From assembly GCA_030690945.1 (NCBI GenBank), contig JAUYFM010000064.1, forward strand, positions 928 to 64,927: a stretch of 64,000 bases of DNA, written 5' to 3'. The stretch's first letter is position 1, and every line of letters starts with the position of its first letter. Under the pieces are notes generated by a model. It had not been told where the DNA came from and did not search any database. It saw only the letters and a list, made by a program, of their open reading frames with translations. Made by a program: the position numbers and the translations under genes. Positions 45,511-55,331 of the stretch are shown one piece after another. Origin of the DNA: Smithellaceae bacterium. GTDB lineage: Bacteria; Desulfobacterota; Syntrophia; Syntrophales; Smithellaceae.

Positions 45511-46854
45511 ATGAAAAAAACAATTCGCCATCAGGCGGTGGATATTTTAAGTTCAGTTTCGCAGAGTCAGTCTTTTGCCGGAGACTTGCTGGATGCGTGC
45601 CTGGATGAGCAGCATCTTTCCGGTACTGCCGACGGGCGGCTGCTGACGCATCTTGTATATGGCGCCCTGCGACATCAGGGGCATCTGGACTGGATGCTTA
45701 CCCAGCTGTATCGCGGCGATTTTGCCAAAATGGAAGACGGCGTTAAAAATATTCTGCGCACCGGCCTGTATCAGCTTAAATTCAGCGACCGGCTGCCGGC
45801 CTTCGCCGTGGTGGATGAAGCGGTCAAGATCGCCAAACGCATCAACCCGGGGGCCGGCGGATTAGTCAATGCCGTGTTGCGAAGCTATCTGCGCAACATG
45901 GATAAAATTTATTTCCCTTCTTTAGAGAAAAATCCGGCGGAACATATCGCGGCGTTTTATTCCCATCCGCCGTGGCTGGTCAAAATTTGGCTCAATATTT
46001 TCGGCCAGGAAGAAACAATAGCGTTATGTCACGCCAACAATGAATTGCCGCCTCTGACTCTCCGTGTAAACACATTGAAAGCTTCACGCGAAGACCTGAC
46101 TCAAAAACTAAAAAGCGAGGATTTCAGTTGCGAGCCGACACGGTTTTCACCCGACGGCATCATCCTATCCGATACCCCCTGGCCCGTTCAGAAAACGTTT
46201 TTTTTCAAGGAAGGCCTTTTACGGATCCAGGATGAAGCGGCACAGCTTGTTTCACATCTGGTCGACCCCCGAAGCGGTGAAAGCGTCCTGGATGTCTGCG
46301 CGGGTTCCGGCGGCAAAACCACTCATCTGGCGGCCTTGATGAAAAACACGGGCAGAATTGTGGCGCTGGACCGTGATTTGGGAAAAATCGCGCAATTAAC
46401 AAAAGATGCGACAAGAATGGGCGTTTCCGTCATCGAATCCACGCAGGCCGACCTGGGACAAACTCTACCTGAAGGATTCGTAGATGAATTCGATCATATC
46501 CTGGTGGACGCGCCCTGCTCCGGCACAGGCACACTCAGGCGCAATCCGGAAATCAAGTGGCGTTTGAAATCCACCGACATTCCGACGCTTGCAAAAACCC
46601 AGAATACGATTTTACAAAATGCTTCCGCCGCCGTTAAAAATGGTGGGCGCCTGATTTATTGTACCTGCTCTATTCTGCCTGCTGAAAATGATGATGTGAT
46701 CCGGCAATTTTTAATGGATAATTCGCAATTTACCGTCGAGATCCCCCCCGGGACCATTTCCGGTCATCTGAAGGATAGTCGTTTTTTCAGAACTTACCCC
46801 CATCATCACGCTACGGATGGTTTTTTCGGTGCTGTTTTGCGGCGCCGGATTTAA
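45511..46854 (+). CDS. rsmB: 16S rRNA (cytosine967-C5)-methyltransferase
   Basis: The ATG at 45511 lies within ORF 45454-46854. An N-terminal NusB-like domain is followed by the SAM motif VLDVCAGSGGKTTHLA and the catalytic motifs DAPCSGTG and YCTCS. Confidence 0.9.
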   Translation: MKKTIRHQAVDILSSVSQSQSFAGDLLDACLDEQHLSGTADGRLLTHLVYGALRHQGHLDWMLTQLYRGDFAKMEDGVKNILRTGLYQLKFSDRLPAFAVVDEAVKIAKRINPGAGGLVNAVLRSYLRNMDKIYFPSLEKNPAEHIAAFYSHPPWLVKIWLNIFGQEETIALCHANNELPPLTLRVNTLKASREDLTQKLKSEDFSCEPTRFSPDGIILSDTPWPVQKTFFFKEGLLRIQDEAAQLVSHLVDPRSGESVLDVCAGSGGKTTHLAALMKNTGRIVALDRDLGKIAQLTKDATRMGVSVIESTQADLGQTLPEGFVDEFDHILVDAPCSGTGTLRRNPEIKWRLKSTDIPTLAKTQNTILQNASAAVKNGGRLIYCTCSILPAENDDVIRQFLMDNSQFTVEIPPGTISGHLKDSRFFRTYPHHHATDGFFGAVLRRRI

Positions 46855-46914
46855 ATTGACGAATTCAGCACAATCATGCTAGTTTACGCTCCCATAATTT
46901 TTAAAGGAGCGGTT

Positions 46915-47544
46915 ATGTTTATTCAACAAATACAGGTTGGCCACATGGCAGTTTTTGCCTATCTGGTTGGCGATCCCGTCACCGGCGACGCGCTGGTCAT
47001 TGATCCAGCCGACAATGCTCATGAGATTCTTGCCTTGGCGGCAAAAAACAAGTTACGCATCAACTACATCGTCAATACACACGGTCACGTGGATCACATC
47101 GGCGGCAACGCCGGAATGCAGAAGCTGACCGGCGCTAAAATCATTGTGCACGAAGGCGACGCCATCATGCTCACCTCCACGCCGGCTGCCATGCTGCGGA
47201 TGTTCGGCGCGACACAATCGCCGCCACCCGATATTCTGGTTCAGGACGGACAAATGATTTCCGTCGGCAATGTCGAACTGAAAGTGATCCACACACCCGG
47301 CCACTCGCCCGGCGGCATGTGTCTTTATACGGCCGGTTATGTCTTTACCGGCGATACCCTTTTTGTGGAAGCCGTCGGCCGCACCGACTTGCCCGGCGGG
47401 TCCTGGCAAACCATGTATAACGCGATCAAGACCAGACTGTTCACGTTGCCTGACGACACCAAAGTTATGCCCGGCCACAATTACGGCCGGACGCCAACGT
47501 CCACCATCGGCCACGAAAAAAAATATAACCCCTCAGTTCGCTAA
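46915..47544 (+). CDS. MBL-fold metallo-hydrolase (glyoxalase II-like)
   Basis: The ATG at 46915 follows an AAAGGAG RBS. The protein carries THGHVDHIGG, HTPGHSPG and GDTLF. Confidence 0.85.
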   Translation: MFIQQIQVGHMAVFAYLVGDPVTGDALVIDPADNAHEILALAAKNKLRINYIVNTHGHVDHIGGNAGMQKLTGAKIIVHEGDAIMLTSTPAAMLRMFGATQSPPPDILVQDGQMISVGNVELKVIHTPGHSPGGMCLYTAGYVFTGDTLFVEAVGRTDLPGGSWQTMYNAIKTRLFTLPDDTKVMPGHNYGRTPTSTIGHEKKYNPSVR

Positions 47545-47559
47545 AGGAGCAGATGACCT

Positions 47560-48441
47560 ATGACAAAAAGCATTTCACAAACGAATTTTCCGAAACTAAA
47601 ATTCCTCAACCGCGGCAAAGTGCGTGACCTCTATGCCGTGAGGGATCATCTACTACTTGTGGCCACCGACCGGATTTCGGCCTTCGACGTCATTATGCCC
47701 AATCCGATTCCGGGCAAAGGCGTGATTCTCAACAAAATGTCCGCCTTCTGGTTTAAACAGATGGAAGATATTATCGGCAACCACATCATATCAACGGATG
47801 CCGCCGATTTTCCCACGGAATGCGCCCCCTACTTCGAAAGTCTGGAAGGCCGCAGCATGCTGGTCAAAAAGGCGACGCCGCTGCCGGTGGAATGTATCGT
47901 GCGGGGCTACCTGTCCGGCTCCGGCTGGAATGACTACCGCCACAGCCAATCTATTTCCGGAATAAAACTGCCGGAGGGATTAAAGGAATCCTGTAAACTG
48001 CCCCAACCGCTTTTCACGCCGACGACCAAAGCGCCGGAAGGCGATCATGACTCTCCGATCACCCATTCCGAAATGGAAGATGTTATCGGTGCGGACCTCA
48101 CCGACAAAGTTATCAAAAAGTCCCTGGCCATCTATGAGCGGGCGGCATCCATCGCCATAAAAACCGGCATTATCATCGCCGACACAAAAATGGAGTTCGG
48201 CTTGATCGGCAAAGAATTGATTCTGATCGATGAATTACTGACACCCGATTCGTCGCGCTTCTGGCCGGCTGATGAATATGAAGAAGGCCGGGCACAAAGA
48301 AGTTTTGATAAACAGTTTTTGCGTGATTATCTGCTTTCCCTTCACTGGAACCAGAAACCACCCGCGCCCGAATTACCGCCGGACATTATCGAAAAAACCA
48401 AGGCAAAATATGAGGAGGCGTTCTCCCGCCTGGTACAATAA
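47560..48441 (+). CDS. purC: Phosphoribosylaminoimidazole-succinocarboxamide synthase
   Basis: 293-aa ORF with [30 protein letters not shown] and ADTKMEFG. Confidence 0.95.
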   Translation: MTKSISQTNFPKLKFLNRGKVRDLYAVRDHLLLVATDRISAFDVIMPNPIPGKGVILNKMSAFWFKQMEDIIGNHIISTDAADFPTECAPYFESLEGRSMLVKKATPLPVECIVRGYLSGSGWNDYRHSQSISGIKLPEGLKESCKLPQPLFTPTTKAPEGDHDSPITHSEMEDVIGADLTDKVIKKSLAIYERAASIAIKTGIIIADTKMEFGLIGKELILIDELLTPDSSRFWPADEYEEGRAQRSFDKQFLRDYLLSLHWNQKPPAPELPPDIIEKTKAKYEEAFSRLVQ

Positions 48442-48483
48442 TGTTTTTGGGGCCATTGACACAAGCCAAACCGTTATTACATT

Positions 48484-48516
48484 ACGCCGTGTTTGTCCAC
48501 ACGGCGTCATTTTTTT
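48484..48516 (+). terminator. Rho-independent terminator after purC
   Basis: The stem ACGCCGTG / CACGGCGT has an 8-nt loop and is followed by a run of 7 T. Confidence 0.75.
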
Positions 48517-48529
48517 CAGGAGGAACTCC

Positions 48530-48928
48530 TTGAGCATAAGAAAACTGCCGGATTACCGATTAAAACAAAAAATATTATATATTGACAAGACATCCGCCAC
48601 ATCACTAATCAGTTACGGGGATTTATATCTGGAAGCAGGAGCGCTTTCCGATGCTCTGGACTTCTATGCCAAAGCCGGACATCATTCCGGCGTCCAAAAA
48701 ATTAAGGATCTCGCATTCGCCAACGGCGACACATTCCTTTTTCAGGGCGCGGCCAAGGCACAGCATGTTGAGCTGCGAGACGCCGACTGGGAAGACATCG
48801 CCAGAGCGGCCGTCGAACTTAAAAAATATTTATTTGCAAAGCACGCCCTGGAGAAAACCAATAACGCGAATTTATTAAACGCGCTTACGACTAAGATGAA
48901 AGCGGAGGAAGTAAAACAAAGCGCATGA
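48530..48928 (+). CDS. Hypothetical helical protein translationally coupled to dnaJ
   Basis: A TTG at 48530 lies 6 nt after an AGGAGG RBS, inside track ORF 48272-48928. Its stop overlaps the dnaJ ATG (ATGA at 48925-48928). I recognise no family. Confidence 0.5.
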   Translation: MSIRKLPDYRLKQKILYIDKTSATSLISYGDLYLEAGALSDALDFYAKAGHHSGVQKIKDLAFANGDTFLFQGAAKAQHVELRDADWEDIARAAVELKKYLFAKHALEKTNNANLLNALTTKMKAEEVKQSA

Positions 48929-49986
48929 CCAAGAGGGATTATTACGAAATTCTGGGCGTCGGCAAAACGGCCTCAGACGAAGAGCTCAAGAAAAATTACC
49001 GGAAAATAGCCATGCAATGCCATCCCGATAAAAACCCGGGAAACAAACAGGCGGAAGAAAAATTCAAGGAAGCCGCCGAAGCCTACGAAGTCTTAAGCGA
49101 CAGACAAAAAAGAGAAATCTATGATCAATACGGCCACGCCGGTTTAAGCAACACCGGTTTCCAGGGTTTCAGCGGTTTTGACGATGTTTTCTCCAATTTC
49201 GGCGACATTTTTGAAGATGTATTCGGCTTTGGCCACCAGCGCGGTCGCGGACGGACACGACAAACCGCAAGAGCCGGCGCTGATTTGCGTTATGACCTGA
49301 AAATATCTTTTCTCGACGCGGCATTCGGGCTGACCACCACGATCGATCTGGAAAAACTCTATACCTGCCATGAATGTCAGGGAACGGGCGCGGCGCCCGG
49401 CGCCTCTCCTTCCACCTGCCCAACCTGTCACGGAAGAGGCCAGGTCACTCAATCGAGCGGTTTTTTCACCATCAGTTCCACATGCCCCCATTGTCACGGT
49501 CATGGCAAATTTATCACCAAGCCCTGTCATACGTGCCACGGCACGGGTAAAGAACAACAGCGTAAAACGGTCGAATTGAAAATTCCCGCCGGTGTGGAAA
49601 CCGGCTCCCGGCTGCGTCTGCGCGGCGAAGGCGAAGCGGGAGATCAAGGCGGTCCCAGTGGTGATTTATATGTTTTTTTGCAGGTGGAGGACCATGATTT
49701 CTTTGTTCGCTCGGGTGATGATGTTATCTGCCGCGTTCCCATATCTTTTGTTCAGGCAGCGCTTGGCAGTACCATTGCCGTGCCAACATTAGAAGAAGCT
49801 GAAAAAATTAAAATCCCCAGGGGCACCCAAAACGGCCGAACGTTCCGTCTCAAAGGCAAAGGAATCGCTCATTTGCAGGGATACGGTCGGGGCGATCAGA
49901 TCATCGAAGTCTTTGTGCAGATTCCAACGGAGTTAACAAAAAAGCAGGAAGAACTCCTGCATGAATTTGAAAAGCTCAGATCGTGA
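48925..49986 (+). CDS. dnaJ: Molecular chaperone DnaJ
   Basis: 353-aa ORF with a J domain (DYYEILGV...HPDKNPG), a G/F region and four CxxCxGxG zinc motifs. Confidence 0.95.
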   Translation: MTKRDYYEILGVGKTASDEELKKNYRKIAMQCHPDKNPGNKQAEEKFKEAAEAYEVLSDRQKREIYDQYGHAGLSNTGFQGFSGFDDVFSNFGDIFEDVFGFGHQRGRGRTRQTARAGADLRYDLKISFLDAAFGLTTTIDLEKLYTCHECQGTGAAPGASPSTCPTCHGRGQVTQSSGFFTISSTCPHCHGHGKFITKPCHTCHGTGKEQQRKTVELKIPAGVETGSRLRLRGEGEAGDQGGPSGDLYVFLQVEDHDFFVRSGDDVICRVPISFVQAALGSTIAVPTLEEAEKIKIPRGTQNGRTFRLKGKGIAHLQGYGRGDQIIEVFVQIPTELTKKQEELLHEFEKLRS

Positions 49987-50057
49987 CATAATAGAGTTGC
50001 AATCCACCCAGCAATATGTTTAAAACGAGTCAAATCGAATGGTCTGGAGGAGCAAAT

Positions 50058-50462
50058 ATGAAAAATCATCAATATCGTTTCATCGTCTGCCTATTTGTTC
50101 TTTTTCTTTTTTCCGGTTGCGCCACAGCTCTGGTCGTAGGCGGCGCAGCGGTCGGCGCCGGCACGGGAACCTATTTTTATATTAACGGCGAACTCAAAAC
50201 AGATTACTTCGCTTCTTTCGATAAAGTCTGGAGCGCTTGTGAAAAAACGGTCGCCGATATGCGCGGCACCGAAGTTCAGCCCGTAAAAGAAATCGCTCAG
50301 GGTAAAATCTCGACGGTGATCAACGACGAAAAGGTGAAGTTTGAAATTACCTATCGGGCAAAAAATCAAACCTCTGTCGCTATTCGCGTAGGACTGCTTG
50401 GCAACAAACTGTCATCCCAGCTTCTCCACGACAAAATTGCCGAACACCTGGCCAAAATTTAA
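50058..50462 (+). CDS. DUF3568-like lipoprotein
   Basis: The ATG at 50058 follows a GGAGGAG RBS. The protein has the lipobox FSGC followed by VVGGAAVGAGTGTYFYINGELKTDY. Confidence 0.55.
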   Translation: MKNHQYRFIVCLFVLFLFSGCATALVVGGAAVGAGTGTYFYINGELKTDYFASFDKVWSACEKTVADMRGTEVQPVKEIAQGKISTVINDEKVKFEITYRAKNQTSVAIRVGLLGNKLSSQLLHDKIAEHLAKI

Positions 50463-50599
50463 TCCCGCTGTTGCGGGACGAGCGTCAATTCTCCGCAGCG
50501 AGCTCGCGAGATAATGACGTTCATTTCATGCCTCGACAGCGAACTCGCGAGGTGGTTGATTTTTTCGCAACTAAAACAAGGGCCCGGCTTGGCATCCTC

Positions 50600-51616
50600 A
50601 TGAATAAGAAACTCATTTTCGGCATCGTGCTTGGCATTGTCCTGATTTACTTTTCGGTCCGAGGAATTAACTTTCATGAAACCATTGCTCACCTGAAGAA
50701 AATCCACCTCGGTTATGCCGCCTTATCTCTTTTCTTTGTCGTTTTAATGCAGGCCTTGCGCTCCTACCGCTGGGGGATTATCCTGCAGCCGCTGGAAAAG
50801 ATATCTCAGTTTACCCTCTTTGCCGTAACCAGTGTCGGTTTTCTGGCTATCGCCGCGATTCCGGCCCGTATTGGCGAACTGGCCAGGCCCTATCTGATCG
50901 CGAAAAAAAGTTCTATTACAATGTCTTCAGCGCTCGGCACGGTTATTGTGGAAAGAGTACTGGACAGCCTTGCTGTGCTGACCATTACCATTGCTGTTCT
51001 CATTCTGCAGGATTTACCGTCCTGGATGATTAAATCCGGCATCCTTTTTTTTATGGTGACCATGCTGATGATCACCTGTATTATCGGATTAGTCTGGCGC
51101 AGAGAAACAGCCGTCAAAATCATCGACCGGATTTTGCGGCTGCTGCCCGGAAAGCTTTCGCAAAAAGTCAATAACGTGATCCACCATTTTATTGATGGTT
51201 TTCAAGTGATCACCGACGTGAAAAGGCTTCTATACTTATTGTTTTTATCCGCTGTGGTCTGGCTTGTGGATGTCGCCGCGATTTATACTCTTCTCTTGGC
51301 CTTCGGCTTTGGCCTGCCGGTTCTGGCAGCCTTCGTGGTCATGGTGATTTTGATCGCGGGCATTGCGATCCCCACCGCACCGGGTTTTATCGGCAACTGG
51401 CATTATGCCTGTATTCTGGGATTGAGTCTATTCGGCATTGCCAAACCGGAAGGTTTTTCCTTCGCCCTTGTCTATCACTTCCTGTCCATGATTGTTTTGA
51501 TCGTCCTGGGCGTAATCTTTCTACCCTTCAACAAATTATCCATTTCGGATATGACGAAACAGATGGGACAGGGACAAGGTGAAAAGCCTGACCCCCTGAA
51601 GGGGGCACGAGGCTGA
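50600..51616 (+). CDS. Lysylphosphatidylglycerol-synthase-TM-region-like (UPF0104, flippase-like) membrane protein
   Basis: The ATG at 50600 (MNKKLIFGIVLG) lies within ORF 50471-51616. It is a multi-TM protein with LRSYRWGIIL and PARIGELARPYL motifs. The last 10 codons and the stop lie in repeat element B. Confidence 0.7.
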   Translation: MNKKLIFGIVLGIVLIYFSVRGINFHETIAHLKKIHLGYAALSLFFVVLMQALRSYRWGIILQPLEKISQFTLFAVTSVGFLAIAAIPARIGELARPYLIAKKSSITMSSALGTVIVERVLDSLAVLTITIAVLILQDLPSWMIKSGILFFMVTMLMITCIIGLVWRRETAVKIIDRILRLLPGKLSQKVNNVIHHFIDGFQVITDVKRLLYLLFLSAVVWLVDVAAIYTLLLAFGFGLPVLAAFVVMVILIAGIAIPTAPGFIGNWHYACILGLSLFGIAKPEGFSFALVYHFLSMIVLIVLGVIFLPFNKLSISDMTKQMGQGQGEKPDPLKGARG

Positions 51617-51657
51617 AGATTCAAATGTTGTAGGGAACGGTCGCGACCGTTCCCTAC
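51585..51657. repeat. Composite palindromic repeat (B inverted + A), copy 2, between convergent genes
   Basis: At 51585-51618 the sequence is AGCCTGACCCCCTGAAGGGGGCACGAGGCTGAAG, the reverse complement of the B type. At 51630-51657 the sequence is GTAGGGAACGGTCGCGACCGTTCCCTAC, a perfect 28-nt palindrome that matches copy 1 at 27 of 28 nt. Confidence 0.85.
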
Positions 51658-51662
51658 AATTG

Positions 51663-53042
51663 TTATCCTTGATCTTTTGTTCCTACCTTCAAACTCTTAA
51701 GTTTTTTATGCAGATTGCTACGCTCCAGACCGATGGCTTCGGCTGTTTTGGAAATATTACCGTCGTATTCTTCAAGTTTTTTAATAATAAATTGCCTTTC
51801 AAAATCCAGCCTGGCGTCTCTTAAAGAATCACTGACGGTGGATGATTCCGGTGTCAAAGCGCTTTGCTCCGTTTTCATATTGAGTTCAGGAATATCATCC
51901 GCCTTGATTTCATTGGACGGCGTCATAATAATCAGTCTTTCAATAATATTTTTCAGTTCGCGGACATTGCCAGGCCAGTTATGCGCCATTAATTGTTCCA
52001 GAGCACCGTCTGTCAAGGTCTTCGGCTGCTGACCTTCTTTCGCGGCAAAGTCGTGAAGGAAACGTCCCATCAGAAAAGGAATATCTTCTTTTCTATCTCT
52101 GAGCGGCGGCACGCGCAACGGAATAACATGCAGACGGTAATACAGATCCTGACGGAATCGACCCGCCTCCATTTCTTTTTCCAGATCTTTATTCGTCGCG
52201 GCCAAAACCCGTACATCCATATCGATGACTTTATTGCCGCCGACTCGTTCGAATTTTTTCTCCTGCAAAATCCGCAAAATCTTTGCCTGCGCTTTGAGAC
52301 TCATGTCCGCAACTTCATCAAGAAAAATGGTTCCTTCATGGGCCAGATCAAATTTACCGCGCTTTTTTTCGGTCGCGCCGGTGAAGGCGCCTTTTTCATG
52401 CCCGAACAATTCGCTCTCGATCAGTTCCTCGGGTATCGCCGCGCAGTTAACTTCCACAATCGGTTTGTGCGACCGGCGACTTAAATGATGAATGGAGCGC
52501 GCCACCAGTTCCTTTCCCGTCCCGTTTTCGCCCATGATCAGAATCCAGGCGTTGGTCGGCGCAACGATGCCGATCATTTCCTTGAGTTCGGCAATAATCG
52601 GACTGGTTCCGGTCAACTCGAACTGATGTGATACTTTTTGTTTTAATAAAACGTTTTCTTCTTCCAGGCGAACCACGTTGAGCGCGTTTCCCACCAGAAT
52701 AATCACTTTATCCAGCGACAGGGGTTTTTCAATGAAGTCAAAAGCGCCGAGCTTGGTCGCCTTTACCGCTGTTTCAATGGTGCCGTGACCGGACATCATG
52801 ATGATCAATACATTCGGATGAGCGGCATGGATGGCTTTGAGTGTTTCCAGACCATCGATGCCAGGCAGCCAGATATCCAACAGGACAAGCTGCGGCATTT
52901 CTTCGGCCACAATCTTAATCGCCTCTTCGCCGCTGCCCGCCACCAGCACCTGATAACCTTCGTCCTCAAGGATAGCTTTCAGCGACTGGCAGATGCTGAC
53001 TTCATCATCTACAACAAGAATGGTTTCATTCATAAGGTTCAC
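51663..53042 (-). CDS. Sigma-54-dependent response regulator (NtrC/NtrX-type bEBP)
   Basis: 459-aa ORF. It has a receiver domain (ILVVDDE...LVLLDIWLPGIDG) and an AAA+ domain with GENGTGKE and the GAFTGA loop (EKGAFTGA). A C-terminal Fis-type HTH (NISKTAEAIGLERSNLHKKLK) is present. Confidence 0.9.
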   Translation of the reverse strand: MNLMNETILVVDDEVSICQSLKAILEDEGYQVLVAGSGEEAIKIVAEEMPQLVLLDIWLPGIDGLETLKAIHAAHPNVLIIMMSGHGTIETAVKATKLGAFDFIEKPLSLDKVIILVGNALNVVRLEEENVLLKQKVSHQFELTGTSPIIAELKEMIGIVAPTNAWILIMGENGTGKELVARSIHHLSRRSHKPIVEVNCAAIPEELIESELFGHEKGAFTGATEKKRGKFDLAHEGTIFLDEVADMSLKAQAKILRILQEKKFERVGGNKVIDMDVRVLAATNKDLEKEMEAGRFRQDLYYRLHVIPLRVPPLRDRKEDIPFLMGRFLHDFAAKEGQQPKTLTDGALEQLMAHNWPGNVRELKNIIERLIIMTPSNEIKADDIPELNMKTEQSALTPESSTVSDSLRDARLDFERQFIIKKLEEYDGNISKTAEAIGLERSNLHKKLKSLKVGTKDQG

Positions 53043-53065
53043 TCGACTTCGTTTTTACTTATAGA

Positions 53066-55288
53066 TTAAACTTCCGTAACCGGCAACTGAAAAGATACAA
53101 TCGTTCCGGTCGGATAATTGTCACTGACACTGACCTTACCTTTATGATCCGATATAATCGAGCTGACGATAGCCAGCCCAAGCCCTGTTCCCGCTTTCTT
53201 GGTTGAAAAATACGGCTCAAATACTTTCTGCTTATAGCTTGCCGGAACACCGGCGCCGTCGTCGGCAACGGCAATGGTTACTTTCTTGTGCGGCTCATCA
53301 TGCCGGATAATGACCCCGATATGGCCTGTTTTCTTATGAATGGAAGCGACGGCATTATCCAGCAGATTAATCATGACCCTGTTGATCTGTTCGGCATCCA
53401 GATTGAATTTCGGCAAGCCTTCCGCCGGACGGTATTCAAAAGTAATATCCTTATGCGCATCTACAAAAAGCGCCACAGCCTCGGACACAACGGCATTAAG
53501 ATCATTGGGGGCAAGCGTCGTCACGGGCATGCGCGCGTAACGGGAAAATTCATTGACCAGGTTCTTAAGCACTTCCACCTGATCGATGATGGTCTGCGTG
53601 CATTCCTTGAAGACCGAGCCTTCCTCTCCCAATTTGTCGCCGTATTTACGCTGAAGCCTTTGCGCGGAAAGTTGCACGGGCGTAAGCGGATTTTTAATTT
53701 CGTGCGCCATGCGTCTGGCCACTTCCCGCCAGGCCGCGGCGCGTTCCGCCTTCTGCAATGCCGTCAGATCTTCAAACACCACGACGATACCGGAATCATT
53801 GCCTTCTTCATCCTCAATCGTTGTCAAGGTCAGCAGCACAGTCAATGCCTTATCCCGTAGTGCCAGTTCCAGCTGCTTCTCCAGGATTCGTTCATGGTTA
53901 TCCTTCATTTCCTGCAGAAAAGTGTCCACCAGAAGCAGATGTTCGTCATGTAAAAGCTCTCGATAATTCCGGAAAAGAAATTGAGAGGCGTCAATCTCAA
54001 ACATCGCTTCTGCGGCACGGTTAATGGTTGTAATCATGCCGTTTTTATCGACTGAAATAACCCCCGCAGAAACATTACGCAAAACGGCAGCCATATATTT
54101 ACGCCGTTCTTCTAGAGAAATATTGGCCTCTTCCAGGCCCGTTTTACTTTTCTGCAAATCATCCGTCATATGGTTGAATGATTTGACCAGAAGCCCGATT
54201 TCATCATCAGCCTCGATATCAATACGGCTCGTCAGATCGCCCTGAGTGATTCTGTTGGTCGCCGATACGAGATCCTGAATGGGATTTGTGATGCTCTTGG
54301 CAAGTGACAGGCCAAACCATGTCGCCAGAAAGATAATCACCAGGGTTACAATCGACAGGGTTACAACATAATTAAATTTAATCGGATTTTTTAAGAGTTT
54401 GATCTGCCCGTACTGTTCGGAGGCGTCGGCAATGCTCCGCAGCTTATTAACAAATTTCTGAGGAACGTTGTAACTGACGGAAACACGGCCAATGACTTCC
54501 GTTTCAACGGCATAAGAAAAAACCGGTGCGACGCCAACAATCGCCTCCCCTGCACTGGTGGGAACCACCGTTGATATTTCCTTTCCGGAATAAATATCCT
54601 CCAGCATTTTCGGCGACAGATCAACGGGCGTCCATGAGGGATTTTCAGCGTCGGCAAAAATGATACTTTTGTCATTAAAATCAAAATAGGCCTCCACCCT
54701 TCCAACCTTGTAATTCTTCTGGCGCTGAGAGAGCAAACTATTAAGATAATCGGCTCTCCCAGCTTCATAGAGACGGTTTTTAGTAATATCCGCACTGATT
54801 TGGCGGGCGTTAAACTTGGCCAATTCCTCCGCCTGCGTGTAATAAACTTGGGCAACTTCCAGCGACCTGCTCAAGGCATCGCCGATTTTAATGTTGAACC
54901 AGAACTCAATGGAGTAGGAAAGAAAATTAATGGCAAATAAAAAAAGCAGAATAGTCGGAACAAGAGATAAACCGACAAACGCGGCAACCAATTTGGTGCG
55001 CAACTTGGAACCGATGACGCCCTTGCGGCGCTCGGAAAATAATTTAAAAATATTGCGGACGATAAGAAAAAGCAGAAGCAGTATTAGGATAATATTGATA
55101 CTGGTCAGGCCATAAACGAGAATGTTGGCCGATATCGGCAGTTCCTTTCGGGACGAAAGCTGACTGGCCAGGATTGTAAAAACAATCGCCAGACAGCCGA
55201 CAACCAGCATGAGAATGCGTTCACGCCGGCGCTTTCTTAATTCTCTTTCATCAAGGTAGGCTCTTCTGGATTTATTTTTAATTTTCAT
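53066..55288 (-). CDS. NtrY-like sensor histidine kinase (multi-TM, HAMP, PAS, HisKA, HATPase)
   Basis: 740-aa ORF with the H-box MAHEIKNPLTP, the N-box NLLDNAV and G-boxes (DDGAGV, GTGLGLAIV). A HAMP-like segment follows the fourth TM. Confidence 0.85.
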   Translation of the reverse strand: MKIKNKSRRAYLDERELRKRRRERILMLVVGCLAIVFTILASQLSSRKELPISANILVYGLTSINIILILLLLFLIVRNIFKLFSERRKGVIGSKLRTKLVAAFVGLSLVPTILLFLFAINFLSYSIEFWFNIKIGDALSRSLEVAQVYYTQAEELAKFNARQISADITKNRLYEAGRADYLNSLLSQRQKNYKVGRVEAYFDFNDKSIIFADAENPSWTPVDLSPKMLEDIYSGKEISTVVPTSAGEAIVGVAPVFSYAVETEVIGRVSVSYNVPQKFVNKLRSIADASEQYGQIKLLKNPIKFNYVVTLSIVTLVIIFLATWFGLSLAKSITNPIQDLVSATNRITQGDLTSRIDIEADDEIGLLVKSFNHMTDDLQKSKTGLEEANISLEERRKYMAAVLRNVSAGVISVDKNGMITTINRAAEAMFEIDASQFLFRNYRELLHDEHLLLVDTFLQEMKDNHERILEKQLELALRDKALTVLLTLTTIEDEEGNDSGIVVVFEDLTALQKAERAAAWREVARRMAHEIKNPLTPVQLSAQRLQRKYGDKLGEEGSVFKECTQTIIDQVEVLKNLVNEFSRYARMPVTTLAPNDLNAVVSEAVALFVDAHKDITFEYRPAEGLPKFNLDAEQINRVMINLLDNAVASIHKKTGHIGVIIRHDEPHKKVTIAVADDGAGVPASYKQKVFEPYFSTKKAGTGLGLAIVSSIISDHKGKVSVSDNYPTGTIVSFQLPVTEV

Positions 55289-55331
55289 CAGTGGATTGGA
55301 TCAACTTTCCCGCAGATAGTGAGATTGCCGA

